NCBI GenBank assembly: GCA_963774265.1
Contig: CAVZDU010000001.1
Location: 800,001-864,000, forward strand
Reading direction: 5' to 3'
Source of the DNA: an uncultured Chloroflexia bacterium
Lineage (GTDB): Bacteria > Chloroflexota > Anaerolineae > CG2-30-64-16
DNA: 64,000 nucleotides
The notes below the pieces were generated by a model. It ran no database searches. It had not been told where the DNA came from and saw nothing but the letters and a program-made list of their open reading frames with translations. Shown piece by piece: positions 11,903 to 20,487 of the stretch. The translations under genes were made by a program, and so were the position numbers. How positions within the stretch are numbered: position 1 is the first letter of the stretch; each line of letters opens with the position of its first letter.

Positions 11903-14900
11903 TCATGATGTGACAATCGAGCCGGCCAGAAGTTTTTGCACGATTCCGGCCAGCGGCTCAGAGCAGGTGCAGAGCTCAATGTCCTGTATTTGTTCAGGCG
12001 TGAGTTGCGCCTCCAGCTCCGCACGAAGCTGTTCCGCGAGGTCTCTCGCGGCGACAGAGCTGAGAGGATGGTGCAGGATGAAAGTGACCGGCTCCAGCGC
12101 GTACTCCGCAGCCCCTTTCCGAGCGAGCACACTCGCCCACCCGGCCAATGCGTTGATGGCCGGCACGTCAAGCTGGTACTCGGTTGCGATGCTCGCCGCG
12201 GTGCGAAAATGACTCTCCGCCTCACGCGTATCGTCTATCGCCAGGGCGAGATGTCCCAGTCTGCAATATGCGCTTATCAAACCAATAGTATCGCCCGTTT
12301 CCTTCAGGAGCTCGATGCTTTTCGCGAGCAGCCCACGCGCCTTGGCCGGCTCGCCCAGGCGGCTGGCCACCTGGCCCAACAGAGCCCAGCTGTTTGCAAG
12401 ATCATAGCGATCGCCTGTTTCCTGGGCGAGGGATAGGGCTTGTTCCGCGAGCTCTCGCGCCGGGATGGGCTGGCCCAGCGCAATAAGCGCGAAGCCCAGG
12501 CCGTTGCAGCTGAACGCGAACAGACGTGGATCGCCCAACTTGCGACTGATCTCCAAGGCCTGAGAGTAATAGTCTTGCGCTTGTTCGAGCGCACCTCGCT
12601 CGCGCGCCAGGCCGCCGAGATAAGCATTGTCTATCCCGATGTCCCACGGGCGCTCCGCCGCCCGGCTCAGTTCATGGCTCTCATTCAAGTAGGATTCCGC
12701 TTCGTCAAAGCGCCCCAGTGTCATGGCCGCGATTCCACAGTAGCGGAGCGAATAGCGGAGCACCATCTCGTCGCCAAGCGAGCGCAGCCGTTCGGAACAC
12801 CGGCGGTGCAGCGCGTATGCTTCAGCGGGCCTGCCCAGGCGGTGGCCAAAATAGGCCTGATTCGTCTCCATGTCGAGCAGGGAGATTTGCCGGCTTCTTT
12901 CCCTCTCAGGATCAGTCTCTGCAAGCTTCTGCAATTTGGCAGCTGCATCACGAAATATCGACTCGCCTTCGCGATACCAGCCGCGAATCTCGTAGAAGTA
13001 TAGGAGTGGAAAAGAGACTTGGCGAAGCTGCTCTATCTTATGCCTGTCGATGGCCCACGCGAGGGCAAGACGAATGTTGGAGACTTCGCTTGCCATTTCC
13101 ACCAGCGCCTGTTTCTGGTGGTGACTGCACAGCCGGCTCTCCAGCTCTCTGACCAGGGTGAGATAGTAATCGCTGTGCCGGTCGCGCAGGGTCTCCGCTT
13201 CGCCGGCGTCGACCAGTCGCTCCAGGGCATACTCGCGGATCGTCTCCAGCAGTCGATAGCGTCCCCCTTCTGGGATAACCAGCGAGCGGTCCACCAGCCG
13301 GCCGAGCAGGTCGACCACCTCATCCTCGGCCAGCTCCCCGACGGCGCAAATTCTTTCCGCCGTCGCCAACGTACAGCCGCCGACAAAGACGGCCAGCCGC
13401 TGCAGCAACAGACGCTCCGCCTCCGTGAGCTGGTTATAGCTCCAATCGATTGACGCCCGCAAGGTCTGGTGGCGGGGCGGCGCCAATGTGCTGCCCGACA
13501 CCAGCAGACGCAGCCGGTTCTGCAGTCGAGTCAGGATGTCGTCCAGGCTTATCGCCCGCACCCGGGCTGCGGCCAGCTCGATCGCCAGGGGGATGCCTTC
13601 AAGCTGGCGGCAGATCTCAGCCACCTGGGCTGCGTTGTCACTCGTCAGCTCGAATGTGGGCTGGTGCATCCTGGCCCGCTCCACGAACAGCCGGACCGCA
13701 TCGTAACTCAGCAGGCACTCCGGGTCCAGGTTTTTCTCCGCAGTCGGGACGGAGAAGGTCGGCACCGGCCAGAGCTGCTCGCCGGGCACACCCAGCGGCT
13801 CACGGCTGGTGGCCAGCATTTGGACGCCCGGGCAGGATTGCAGGATCGATGTCGCCAAGTGAGCGCAGGCCTCAGCCAGGTGCTCGCAATTGTCGAGCAC
13901 AAGGAGCAGGCTGCGCTGGCGCAGAAAGATGATGAGCGTCTGCACGGGCGGCTGGCCCGGGGCCGCCGCCACACCCAACTGTGCCAGCACCGTGTCGGGC
14001 AGGAGGGCTGGGTCTTGTAGCGAGCTGAGGTCGACCCACCACACCCCGTGGCGGCGCTGCGGGATGATTCGCCTGGCCGCCTCAATCGCCAGGCGCGTTT
14101 TGCCGCTGCCCCCCGCGCCGGTCAGGGTCACCAGGCGGCGCCCGCCGGTGGGCGAGCCGCCGTCTTGCAGGAGCCCGCCGACCTCGCCCAGCTCCCGCTC
14201 TCGGCCGACGAAGCTGGTCAGGGGCATGGGTAAGTTCGTGAGCTGAGCGTCCGCCCCTCCGGCTGTGGCTGCCATTGTCTCGGCCGCGGCAGCCCCGACC
14301 GTTGCCGCCGCAGTCGTCGCGACTTCCCCGTAGGCGCGGGTGATCGACTCGACAAGCGCCAGAGTTTCGGCCGATGGCTCCACGTCGAGTTCTTCTTTCA
14401 GGCTGCGGCGGCAGTTCTCGAACTGGCGCAGCGCGGCGGACCGGTTGCCGGTGATGTCGTAGAGGAAAATGAGGTGCCGATGCGCGCGCTCCTCGGCTGG
14501 ATCTACCGTCAAAACCTGGCGTGCGGAAGCGATGGCCTCACCATAACGCGCCAGGCCGCGCAGGCGCCCGACCTGGTGCAGCAGGGCGTCCAGGTACAGC
14601 TGCTGCAGGCGCTCGCGCTCGATCAGCACCCAGTCGTCGTAATGTCCGGTCAGTAACTCGCCGCTGTAGAGGCCGGGGTCGAAGGTAGCAGGATTGGCCG
14701 ACGCGTCGCTGAGAAAGCGCGTCGCCTGGGCTCGGAACTCAAGCACATCCACCTGGACGGTTGCGGCTGGGCTGAATTGAACGACCACGCGGTCGCTGAG
14801 CAGTGCGTCGGGTCCCAGGGCGGCCCGCAGGTCGGCCAGCGCGGCGCGCAGCGACGCCCTGGCCTGCCGTTCCGGCGTATCGCCCCAGCAGAGCTCCGCC

Positions 14901-15079
14901 AGGACCTCGCGCGAGTGGCTGTCGGGATAGAGAACCAGGTAGGCGAGCAGGGCTTGTTCTTTGCGCGTTCGCAGCCGGACTGCCCTGCCGTCCTGCTCCA
15001 GGTTGAACGGGCCAAGGAGTGAAAGCCTGGAACCCGCCGCACGCACGCCTGAAACGGTCCCTGCCAAAGAGGTAGACAT
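11903..15079 (-). CDS. AfsR/SARP-type STAND regulator (wHTH + BTAD + NB-ARC ATPase + TPR)
   Basis: LSLLGPF, DPAEERAHRHLI, TGAGGSGKTRLA, LLLVLDNCEHL, GIPLAIELAAAR, C-terminal TPRs. Confidence 0.92.
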   Translation of the reverse strand: MSTSLAGTVSGVRAAGSRLSLLGPFNLEQDGRAVRLRTRKEQALLAYLVLYPDSHSREVLAELCWGDTPERQARASLRAALADLRAALGPDALLSDRVVVQFSPAATVQVDVLEFRAQATRFLSDASANPATFDPGLYSGELLTGHYDDWVLIERERLQQLYLDALLHQVGRLRGLARYGEAIASARQVLTVDPAEERAHRHLIFLYDITGNRSAALRQFENCRRSLKEELDVEPSAETLALVESITRAYGEVATTAAATVGAAAAETMAATAGGADAQLTNLPMPLTSFVGRERELGEVGGLLQDGGSPTGGRRLVTLTGAGGSGKTRLAIEAARRIIPQRRHGVWWVDLSSLQDPALLPDTVLAQLGVAAAPGQPPVQTLIIFLRQRSLLLVLDNCEHLAEACAHLATSILQSCPGVQMLATSREPLGVPGEQLWPVPTFSVPTAEKNLDPECLLSYDAVRLFVERARMHQPTFELTSDNAAQVAEICRQLEGIPLAIELAAARVRAISLDDILTRLQNRLRLLVSGSTLAPPRHQTLRASIDWSYNQLTEAERLLLQRLAVFVGGCTLATAERICAVGELAEDEVVDLLGRLVDRSLVIPEGGRYRLLETIREYALERLVDAGEAETLRDRHSDYYLTLVRELESRLCSHHQKQALVEMASEVSNIRLALAWAIDRHKIEQLRQVSFPLLYFYEIRGWYREGESIFRDAAAKLQKLAETDPERERSRQISLLDMETNQAYFGHRLGRPAEAYALHRRCSERLRSLGDEMVLRYSLRYCGIAAMTLGRFDEAESYLNESHELSRAAERPWDIGIDNAYLGGLARERGALEQAQDYYSQALEISRKLGDPRLFAFSCNGLGFALIALGQPIPARELAEQALSLAQETGDRYDLANSWALLGQVASRLGEPAKARGLLAKSIELLKETGDTIGLISAYCRLGHLALAIDDTREAESHFRTAASIATEYQLDVPAINALAGWASVLARKGAAEYALEPVTFILHHPLSSVAARDLAEQLRAELEAQLTPEQIQDIELCTCSEPLAGIVQKLLAGSIVTS

Positions 15080-15202
15080 TCGTAGCCGCGCCTATCAGGT
15101 AGATTTCAATGTCAGAACAACTGATAACCGATGCTAGCACGAATGCAGAACAATGTCCAACCCGGTCCGGAGTGCATAACAGGCTCCAGGAATCCCGGAG
15201 GT

Positions 15203-15382
15203 TCATGCCTGGTTATCGCGCGAGTCGTCCGGAGTTGGTTTGCGCTTGCGGGGCCGGCGCGCGGATTGGGTGTCTTTGATGACGCGGTCGACCACGTTGG
15301 GATGTTCTTTCTTGATGCGGAGGGTTTCGAGGAAGAGGGCGTCAAGTTCTTCTTCGAACGTTTGCCGTTTTTTCCTGGTCAC
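15203..15382 (-). CDS. small basic hypothetical protein, 59 aa (MTRKKRQTFEEELDALFLETLRIKKEHPNVVDRVIKDTQSARRPRKRKPTPDDSRDNQA)
   Basis: GTG start with AGGGGAAG RBS and an upstream TTGCAT-17-TATCCT promoter; just below the ORF-track cutoff. Confidence 0.6.
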   Translation of the reverse strand: MTRKKRQTFEEELDALFLETLRIKKEHPNVVDRVIKDTQSARRPRKRKPTPDDSRDNQA

Positions 15383-15411
15383 GGGCTTCCCCTGAGATGT
15401 GATTGTACCTC

Positions 15412-15450
15412 AGGATAGCACAACTTCCCGAAGAATGCAAACAAAGGTTC
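15412..15450 (-). promoter_or_regulatory. sigma70-type promoter with a LexA-like box overlapping the -35
   Basis: minus strand GAACCTTTGTTT (15450-15439) runs into TTGCAT, 17-nt spacer ending TGC, then TATCCT. Confidence 0.5.
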
Positions 15451-15467
15451 GGAGCGAGCATGGCTTA

Positions 15468-15505
15468 GTAGCCCACCCGTGCGCCCTTTGGGCGTAAGGG
15501 TGGGC
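15468..15505. repeat. GTAG-type REP-like hairpin, possible terminator of the XRE gene
   Basis: GTAGCCCACCCGTGCGCCC-TTT-GGGCGTAAGGGTGGGC. Confidence 0.5.
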
Positions 15506-15548
15506 GGTCACTGATGCGGGCTGGACGATGGCCGGGCGGCCAGGGCGT

Positions 15549-15923
15549 CTAGCGTCTGGACGGTGGCTCGGCGGTGACGGCGTCGAGGGTGGCGCGCCAG
15601 GCAGCCAGGACCAGTTTGCGCCGCTCGACCGGCAACTCCTGGATTTCAGCCACCAGGTCTCGCAGCTCGGGGGGGACCACGGGCGCGTCGTTTTCAATGG
15701 ACATGAGGCCGGCCTGGCGCAGGACGTATTCCGGGGGCAGGTTGAGCGCACCGGCGAGCGCCAGACAGGTGGTGATGCGCGGGCGCTGGTAGCCGCGCGC
15801 GACGAGCGATACAGTGCTGCGATTCAACCCGGCCATGAGCGAGAGATTGGTCTGGGTGATGTCGCGCGATTTGCACTCCTCAAGCAGCCACTGGCCAAAG
15901 GGGGTTAGTTCACGCCTGGTCAC
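15549..15923 (-). CDS. XRE-family helix-turn-helix repressor (phage-repressor-like, no peptidase domain)
   Basis: FGQWLLEECKSRDITQTNLSLMAGLNRSTVSLVARG...LAGALNLPPEYVLRQAGL. Confidence 0.85.
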   Translation of the reverse strand: MTRRELTPFGQWLLEECKSRDITQTNLSLMAGLNRSTVSLVARGYQRPRITTCLALAGALNLPPEYVLRQAGLMSIENDAPVVPPELRDLVAEIQELPVERRKLVLAAWRATLDAVTAEPPSRR

Positions 15924-16007
15924 GCTTCCTCCAAGGGATTTTGGTCGAACTCATTGTAGCACATAACCCAAACATTTCCCAAATGCGGCGGATATCCCAA
16001 AATTCGC

Positions 16008-16048
16008 TTGACACAGTTGTGATTGAGAGTATAATAGAACACGAGTTC
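16008..16048 (+). promoter_or_regulatory. consensus sigma70 promoter followed by a perfect LexA box
   Basis: TTGACA (16008-16013), 16-nt spacer, TATAAT (16030-16035), GAACACGAGTTC (16037-16048). Confidence 0.8.
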
Positions 16049-16097
16049 ATGTTTACCTTCAGGGTGATCTGCATCAATTCGGAAGGGGGAGGATAGG

Positions 16098-16286
16098 ATG
16101 CGGGTGTTTCACCTGACGCGACTGGTGTTGGCCGATGCCGGAGAGGAAGCTTCTGCCGGCGTCGGCGCGGCGCGGCATGAGGTGGCACCGCGTCACCGCG
16201 TCACCGCTACGAGTTGGGTGTTTTTCAAAGATCAACGCGCTTTCGAAAAATGGGGGAGGTTAAGCGGTGACGCGGTGACGCGGTGA
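16098..16286 (+). CDS. hypothetical 62-aa ORF overlapping an iteron-like inverted repeat
   Basis: strong GGGGAGG RBS downstream of the LexA promoter; no recognisable family. Confidence 0.35.
   Translation: MRVFHLTRLVLADAGEEASAGVGAARHEVAPRHRVTATSWVFFKDQRAFEKWGRLSGDAVTR
16186..16285. repeat. 23-bp perfect inverted repeat built of 8-bp CACCGCGT units
   Basis: CACCGCGTCACCGCGTCACCGCT (16186-16208) and its reverse complement (16263-16285) around an AT-richer core. Confidence 0.9.
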
Positions 16287-16297
16287 CAAGCGGGGGG

Positions 16298-16507
16298 ATG
16301 AGCGAAGTGGAAGAGTTAACGCCGGAGCCGATTACGCTGACGGTGCTGCGGTGCGGACTGCGAGAAACGCTGGATCGGGTGGTGTATTTCGATGAGCGGT
16401 TTGTGGTGACGCGGAACGGGGATCCGGTGGCGGTGATCGTGGGGGTGGAGGCGTACCGGAGGTTGGTGGGGATGGGGAAGGAGGAGGATCGGCAATCCCA
16501 GAGGTGA
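16298..16507 (+). CDS. Phd/YefM-family antitoxin-like protein, no adjacent toxin
   Basis: LRETLDRVVYFDERFVVTRNGDPVAVIVGVEAYRRL fits the Phd ITRNGKPVAVLV pattern. Confidence 0.75.
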   Translation: MSEVEELTPEPITLTVLRCGLRETLDRVVYFDERFVVTRNGDPVAVIVGVEAYRRLVGMGKEEDRQSQR

Positions 16508-16604
16508 CCCGCGGCGATCAACCGCGAAGAGCGCAAAGATCACAAGGAAAGCCAAAGTATGCGTTTTTTGCGGCAGCCTGGCTGTTCCAACATGCTGCAT
16601 GGGA

Positions 16605-16660
16605 AGGCGCCCGGCACTTCGCAAGTCCCCTGCGGGGACGGTTCCCAGTGCCGGGCGCCT
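16605..16660. repeat. REP-like palindrome with nested hairpin
   Basis: AGGCGCCCGGCACT / AGTGCCGGGCGCCT arms enclosing GTCCCC-TGC-GGGGAC; related to 33748 and 46239. Confidence 0.7.
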
Positions 16661-16677
16661 GGATTACTGAGAGTCCG

Positions 16678-18241
16678 TTACGGCATCTTCAACCCGCGCT
16701 CGGGGCGGGTGAAGGTGTGGCAGGTGGAGCAGTCGTACTGCTTGTCTGTCACGTGCTTGTTGTGCAGGTCGTAGAAAGGCTTGCTTTCCTTTACCCCATG
16801 GCACTGGGTGCAGACGGCGGACTCCGGGCCCTTCAAGCCGTAGCCGAGCGCGGCGAAGTCCATCTGATCACCCCCCTCGTGGCAGTTCTCGCATCGGAGC
16901 GCGCTGTCCTTCGGCGCGACGCCGTGTGTGACCAGTTGCTCCGCGGTTGTGCGCACCCACGTGTAGGAGCCGCCAAGCCCCATATAGGCCACGCCACGTG
17001 CGGCAGCTTCCTCATACTTCCCAGTCATGAAGTTCCACAGGACGTCGTACTGCACCATCCGACTGCTGGCATCGTGGCGAGGTTGCACAGCCTGGTGTAG
17101 TTTGATGGGGTAGAGCTTCGCATCCTGGATGTCGCCAAGCGCCTGAGCCATCGCGTAAGAGCCATCGGGCTGGGGCTGGATGGGATCGGCGAGACTGTAG
17201 ACGTAGCTGTCGCCGTTCCACCAGGTGTAGTTGGGCTTCACGTTGGAGGCCTTGACCTCCTCGCCGACCCAGCCGCCCTGCCCGCTGCAGCTCGCCGGGT
17301 TGAACACGGGATGGGTCCAATCGCGCGACATCTCGGTCGGCATGTCGCGGGCGAAAGCGGGGATATGGCAGGCCTGGCAGGCCACGCGATCGGTGTGATT
17401 GTCCAGCTTGCTTGTCTCGTGCGGCTTGGTGCTGTGGCAATCGGCGCAGAGCTTGGTGCCGGGGCCCTCAGAGATGCGGAGATCGATGCCCTTACCGGAG
17501 ATCTTGTGGTCCTCGGTCACGTGGCAAGTCTGGCAGGTGAAGTTGCCGCCGTCCGGAGACATGTGTACATCAGAGGTGAGCGGCGGGTTGATATTGACGC
17601 TGCTCATGTCGCCGCGCTTGACGCCATCGCCCCCGCCTGCGGATGCGTGACAGCGCAGACATGTGGCGGCGGGTGGGCAGGTGGACATTCTGTGCAAGGC
17701 TGACCATGGTGGTGCCCGGGGGCATCAGGTCGAAGCGCGGCTGCATCGTGTAGTTGCCCTCGGCATTCTTGCTGGGCGTGTTGTAGGTTTTCGAATTCCC
17801 CTGCCAGTCCACGACGGTGACGGGAATGTCGAGTGGCTGCAACGAGCGCTTGTACGTGTCGTTGTGGCACACCAGGCAGTCGACGTCGTTCGCGGTCTGG
17901 TTTGTGACCTTGCCGGTGGAGGCGTGGCACGACAGGCAGGCGTAGTCAGCGGGAGCCGGAGATGTGCAGTAAGTGTTAACCTGCTGCCACTTGCCCTCCC
18001 ACTGCATGTGCTCGCTGTGCAAGGCATCCTGGGCTTGTGTTGCATGACATTGCACGCAGGTCTCGGGCCCGTTGTACTCGGTGATAGTCGAATGAGGGTT
18101 GCCGGAAGACGGCGGCGGGGTCGCTGGCGTCGCGGTGGGCGTTGGTTTGGGCTTTGCGCGTGAATCGGCCAGGACGGGTTGCACCAGCAGCAGCGCTGCC
18201 AGAAGCGACACCGCGACTCTGACTAAGGATCGCAAATGCAT
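16678..18241 (-). CDS. exported multiheme cytochrome c, octaheme tetrathionate reductase-like with 10 CxxCH motifs (frameshift near 17665)
   Basis: GAGGAG RBS, signal peptide; CVQCH, CLSCH, CLVCH, CLRCH, CQTCH, CADCH, CQACH, CENCH, CTQCH, CSTCH; OTR-type GGGDGVKRGD, DVHM, VACQACHIP, HGVAPKDSALRC. Confidence 0.85.
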
Positions 18242-18502
18242 GTGGTCCTCCTCGGATGGTGGAGATGCACGGTCGGGTCGAGGGCACAGGGACACCCCAT
18301 ATTAAGTGCATCTTCAAAGCACATTATACACGGGATTGCAATATGCGCAAAGTTACAATTGGCATGCAGGCTGTAATCGAGGTGTGGAGTTCGTGGGGGG
18401 GGAAAGTTGACTTTGGGGTGTCTCTGGAGCAGAATCGCGCTGCACGGCCACGACGGCCACTTCCCGAAACCAAACACACCTTCACCCCAAAGAGAGGTCA
18501 TC

Positions 18503-19675
18503 ATGAATCGATCCGCCCTGATAACGCCGGAAATGCAAAATGAACTGATCGAGTTTGCTCAGAGCCTGGTCAGAATAAAAAGCTTGTCTGGGCAGGAGAG
18601 AGAGATCATTCAGTTCATTGAGCAGAAGATGAAGGCTCTTGGATATGATGAAGTCAGCATCGATGCGATGGGCAATGTCGTTGGAAGGATCGGAAATGGT
18701 GACAAATCTATTCTGTTCGACTCTCACGTTGATACGGTTGAGGTCACTGATGAAGAGAGGTGGGATGTTCCACCATTCAGCGGCAGCATTGTAGATGACC
18801 GCCTGTATGGCCGGGGTTCGGCCGACATGAAGTCGGGCGCCGCAGCGTCGATCTACGCAGGTGCGCTTGCGAAAAAGGCGGGGTTGGATGCGGGCAAGAC
18901 GATTTACGTTTCCTGCACCGTCTTTGAAGAGGATTGCGATGGAGAAAACCTGAAGCACCTGTTTGCGGAACTGAGTCTCAGGCCGAATTACGTGGTCATC
19001 TGCGAGCCATCCGATAACAAGATTGCCCTGGGTCATAAGGGCAAGGTCCAGGCTTCTATCAAAACACGCGGCATTTCGGCTCACGGTTCGGCGCCGGAAA
19101 AAGGGGTCAATGCAATCTATGAGATGGCCGAGATCATCCAACGCGTCGAGAAGAAGAATCTTGAACTCATGAAGCAAGATAGTCCCAGGGGGACCCTGGT
19201 CATGTCACGGATTTCGAGCGTCAGCGCTTCTCTCAATGCCGTGCCATCCGAGTGCGAAGTGTATTTGGATCGAAGAATGGTCCCCGGAGAGACCGAAGAC
19301 GATATCAGGAAAGAAATGGAGCAACTCATCAGGGGCAAGAATGCGACCTGGGAGGTGGGAACACTCCGGCGGAAGAGCTGGACAGGCCTGGACATCAAGT
19401 ATCAGCCGTCCCATGCGGCCTGGAGAATTGACCTGAATCACGAGCTGACCAGGGCGTGCGTCGCAGCCTACCAGGCATATTTCGGCAGCGATCCAGCCGG
19501 ATACGATTTCTGGGACTTCAGCACCAATGCAGTCACGCCTGTCAGTATGGGCATCCCCACAATTGGTTTTGGTCCGGGGGAGAACAAATTGGCTCACATG
19601 GTCAACGAGAACTGCAGGGTGAGTCAAATCATCGATGCGTGCGGTTTCTATATGGGCGTCATCGACCAGATATAG
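18503..19675 (+). CDS. M20 family metallohydrolase (YgeY-like)
   Basis: FDSHVDTV, LYGRGSADMK, EEDCDG, AHGSAPEKG, IGFGPG; visibly lower GC than neighbours. Confidence 0.9.
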   Translation: MNRSALITPEMQNELIEFAQSLVRIKSLSGQEREIIQFIEQKMKALGYDEVSIDAMGNVVGRIGNGDKSILFDSHVDTVEVTDEERWDVPPFSGSIVDDRLYGRGSADMKSGAAASIYAGALAKKAGLDAGKTIYVSCTVFEEDCDGENLKHLFAELSLRPNYVVICEPSDNKIALGHKGKVQASIKTRGISAHGSAPEKGVNAIYEMAEIIQRVEKKNLELMKQDSPRGTLVMSRISSVSASLNAVPSECEVYLDRRMVPGETEDDIRKEMEQLIRGKNATWEVGTLRRKSWTGLDIKYQPSHAAWRIDLNHELTRACVAAYQAYFGSDPAGYDFWDFSTNAVTPVSMGIPTIGFGPGENKLAHMVNENCRVSQIIDACGFYMGVIDQI

Positions 19676-19695
19676 GAGGAAGGGAGCAAGCCGCT

Positions 19696-20136
19696 ATGGA
19701 CCAGAGGCCAGGTGTGGGGGTCGCGGTGATTATCCGGAAGGGCGATGCGGTGCTCTTGATGCTTCGTCAGAACGCACATGGCGCGGGAAGCTGGGCGCCG
19801 CCGGGCGGGCATGTAGAGTTCGGGGAATCGCTGGAGGAATGCGCGATCCGCGAGACGGTGGAGGAGACTAACCTCCATGTTGCGGACGTGCGGTTCAGGG
19901 CGATCACGAACGATGTGTTCGAGGCAGACGGCAAGCACTACATCACGATCTGGATGGAAGCTATGGTCGTGGCGGGCGAGCCGGTGGTGAACGCCGCGGA
20001 GGAGATGTCGGAGTTGGGTTGGTTTGCCTGGGATGCGCTGCCCCAGCCGCTCTTTCTGCCTTTGCAACACCTGTTGGATGGGGTGTGTTATCCGGCGCCA
20101 AACCGTACAGAATTGAAGAGTGTACAGACTTCATAA
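19696..20136 (+). CDS. Nudix hydrolase (MutT/NUDT15-like)
   Basis: Nudix box GGHVEFGESLEECAIRETVEETNL. Confidence 0.92.
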   Translation: MDQRPGVGVAVIIRKGDAVLLMLRQNAHGAGSWAPPGGHVEFGESLEECAIRETVEETNLHVADVRFRAITNDVFEADGKHYITIWMEAMVVAGEPVVNAAEEMSELGWFAWDALPQPLFLPLQHLLDGVCYPAPNRTELKSVQTS

Positions 20137-20186
20137 GCGTACAGTTATGAACCGCACAAGTGATCGGTTTTTCGGGTGAAAACCTA

Positions 20187-20234
20187 TTGACTTTGGGGTG
20201 CGAACGTGCGATAGTGTGGCCAGAACAAGCGTTT
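20187..20234 (+). promoter_or_regulatory. sigma70-type promoter followed by a LexA-like box
   Basis: TTGACT-17-GATAGT with a TG extension, then GAACAAGCGTTT (20223-20234). Confidence 0.5.
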
Positions 20235-20349
20235 TTCTGTTTGTTCTGCGGGTCCTCACTCCTCATTCTGTAAACCGTGGGGCTGATTCGTCTCCGGACG
20301 AGGCCCACCTGGCCGAGAGACCGGCCAACCGGGAGGAGGAGGACCGGCG

Positions 20350-20437
20350 CCCCGTCGAGACGTAGCACGATCGAGAAGTGGTGTGGAGAGATGGCGTTGT
20401 AGCGGAAGGAGATGCAGCGTGCTACGTCTCTACGGGG
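20350..20437. repeat. 20-bp inverted repeat (one mismatch) of GTAGAGACGTAGCA REP type with a 48-nt loop
   Basis: CCCCGTCGAGACGTAGCACG ... CGTGCTACGTCTCTACGGGG. Confidence 0.75.
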
Positions 20438-20487
20438 AGGGTTGAGGTTGTGGTCGGCGCAGATGACGGGAGTCGAGGAGGTCAGTT

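Noticed and set aside
11861-19694. 14-bp repeat AGGGAGCAAGCCGC just after two stop codons (11861 and 19681) as att or cassette sites
   Set aside because: No integrase or attC-like structure, and several 14-mer matches are expected by chance in 64 kb.
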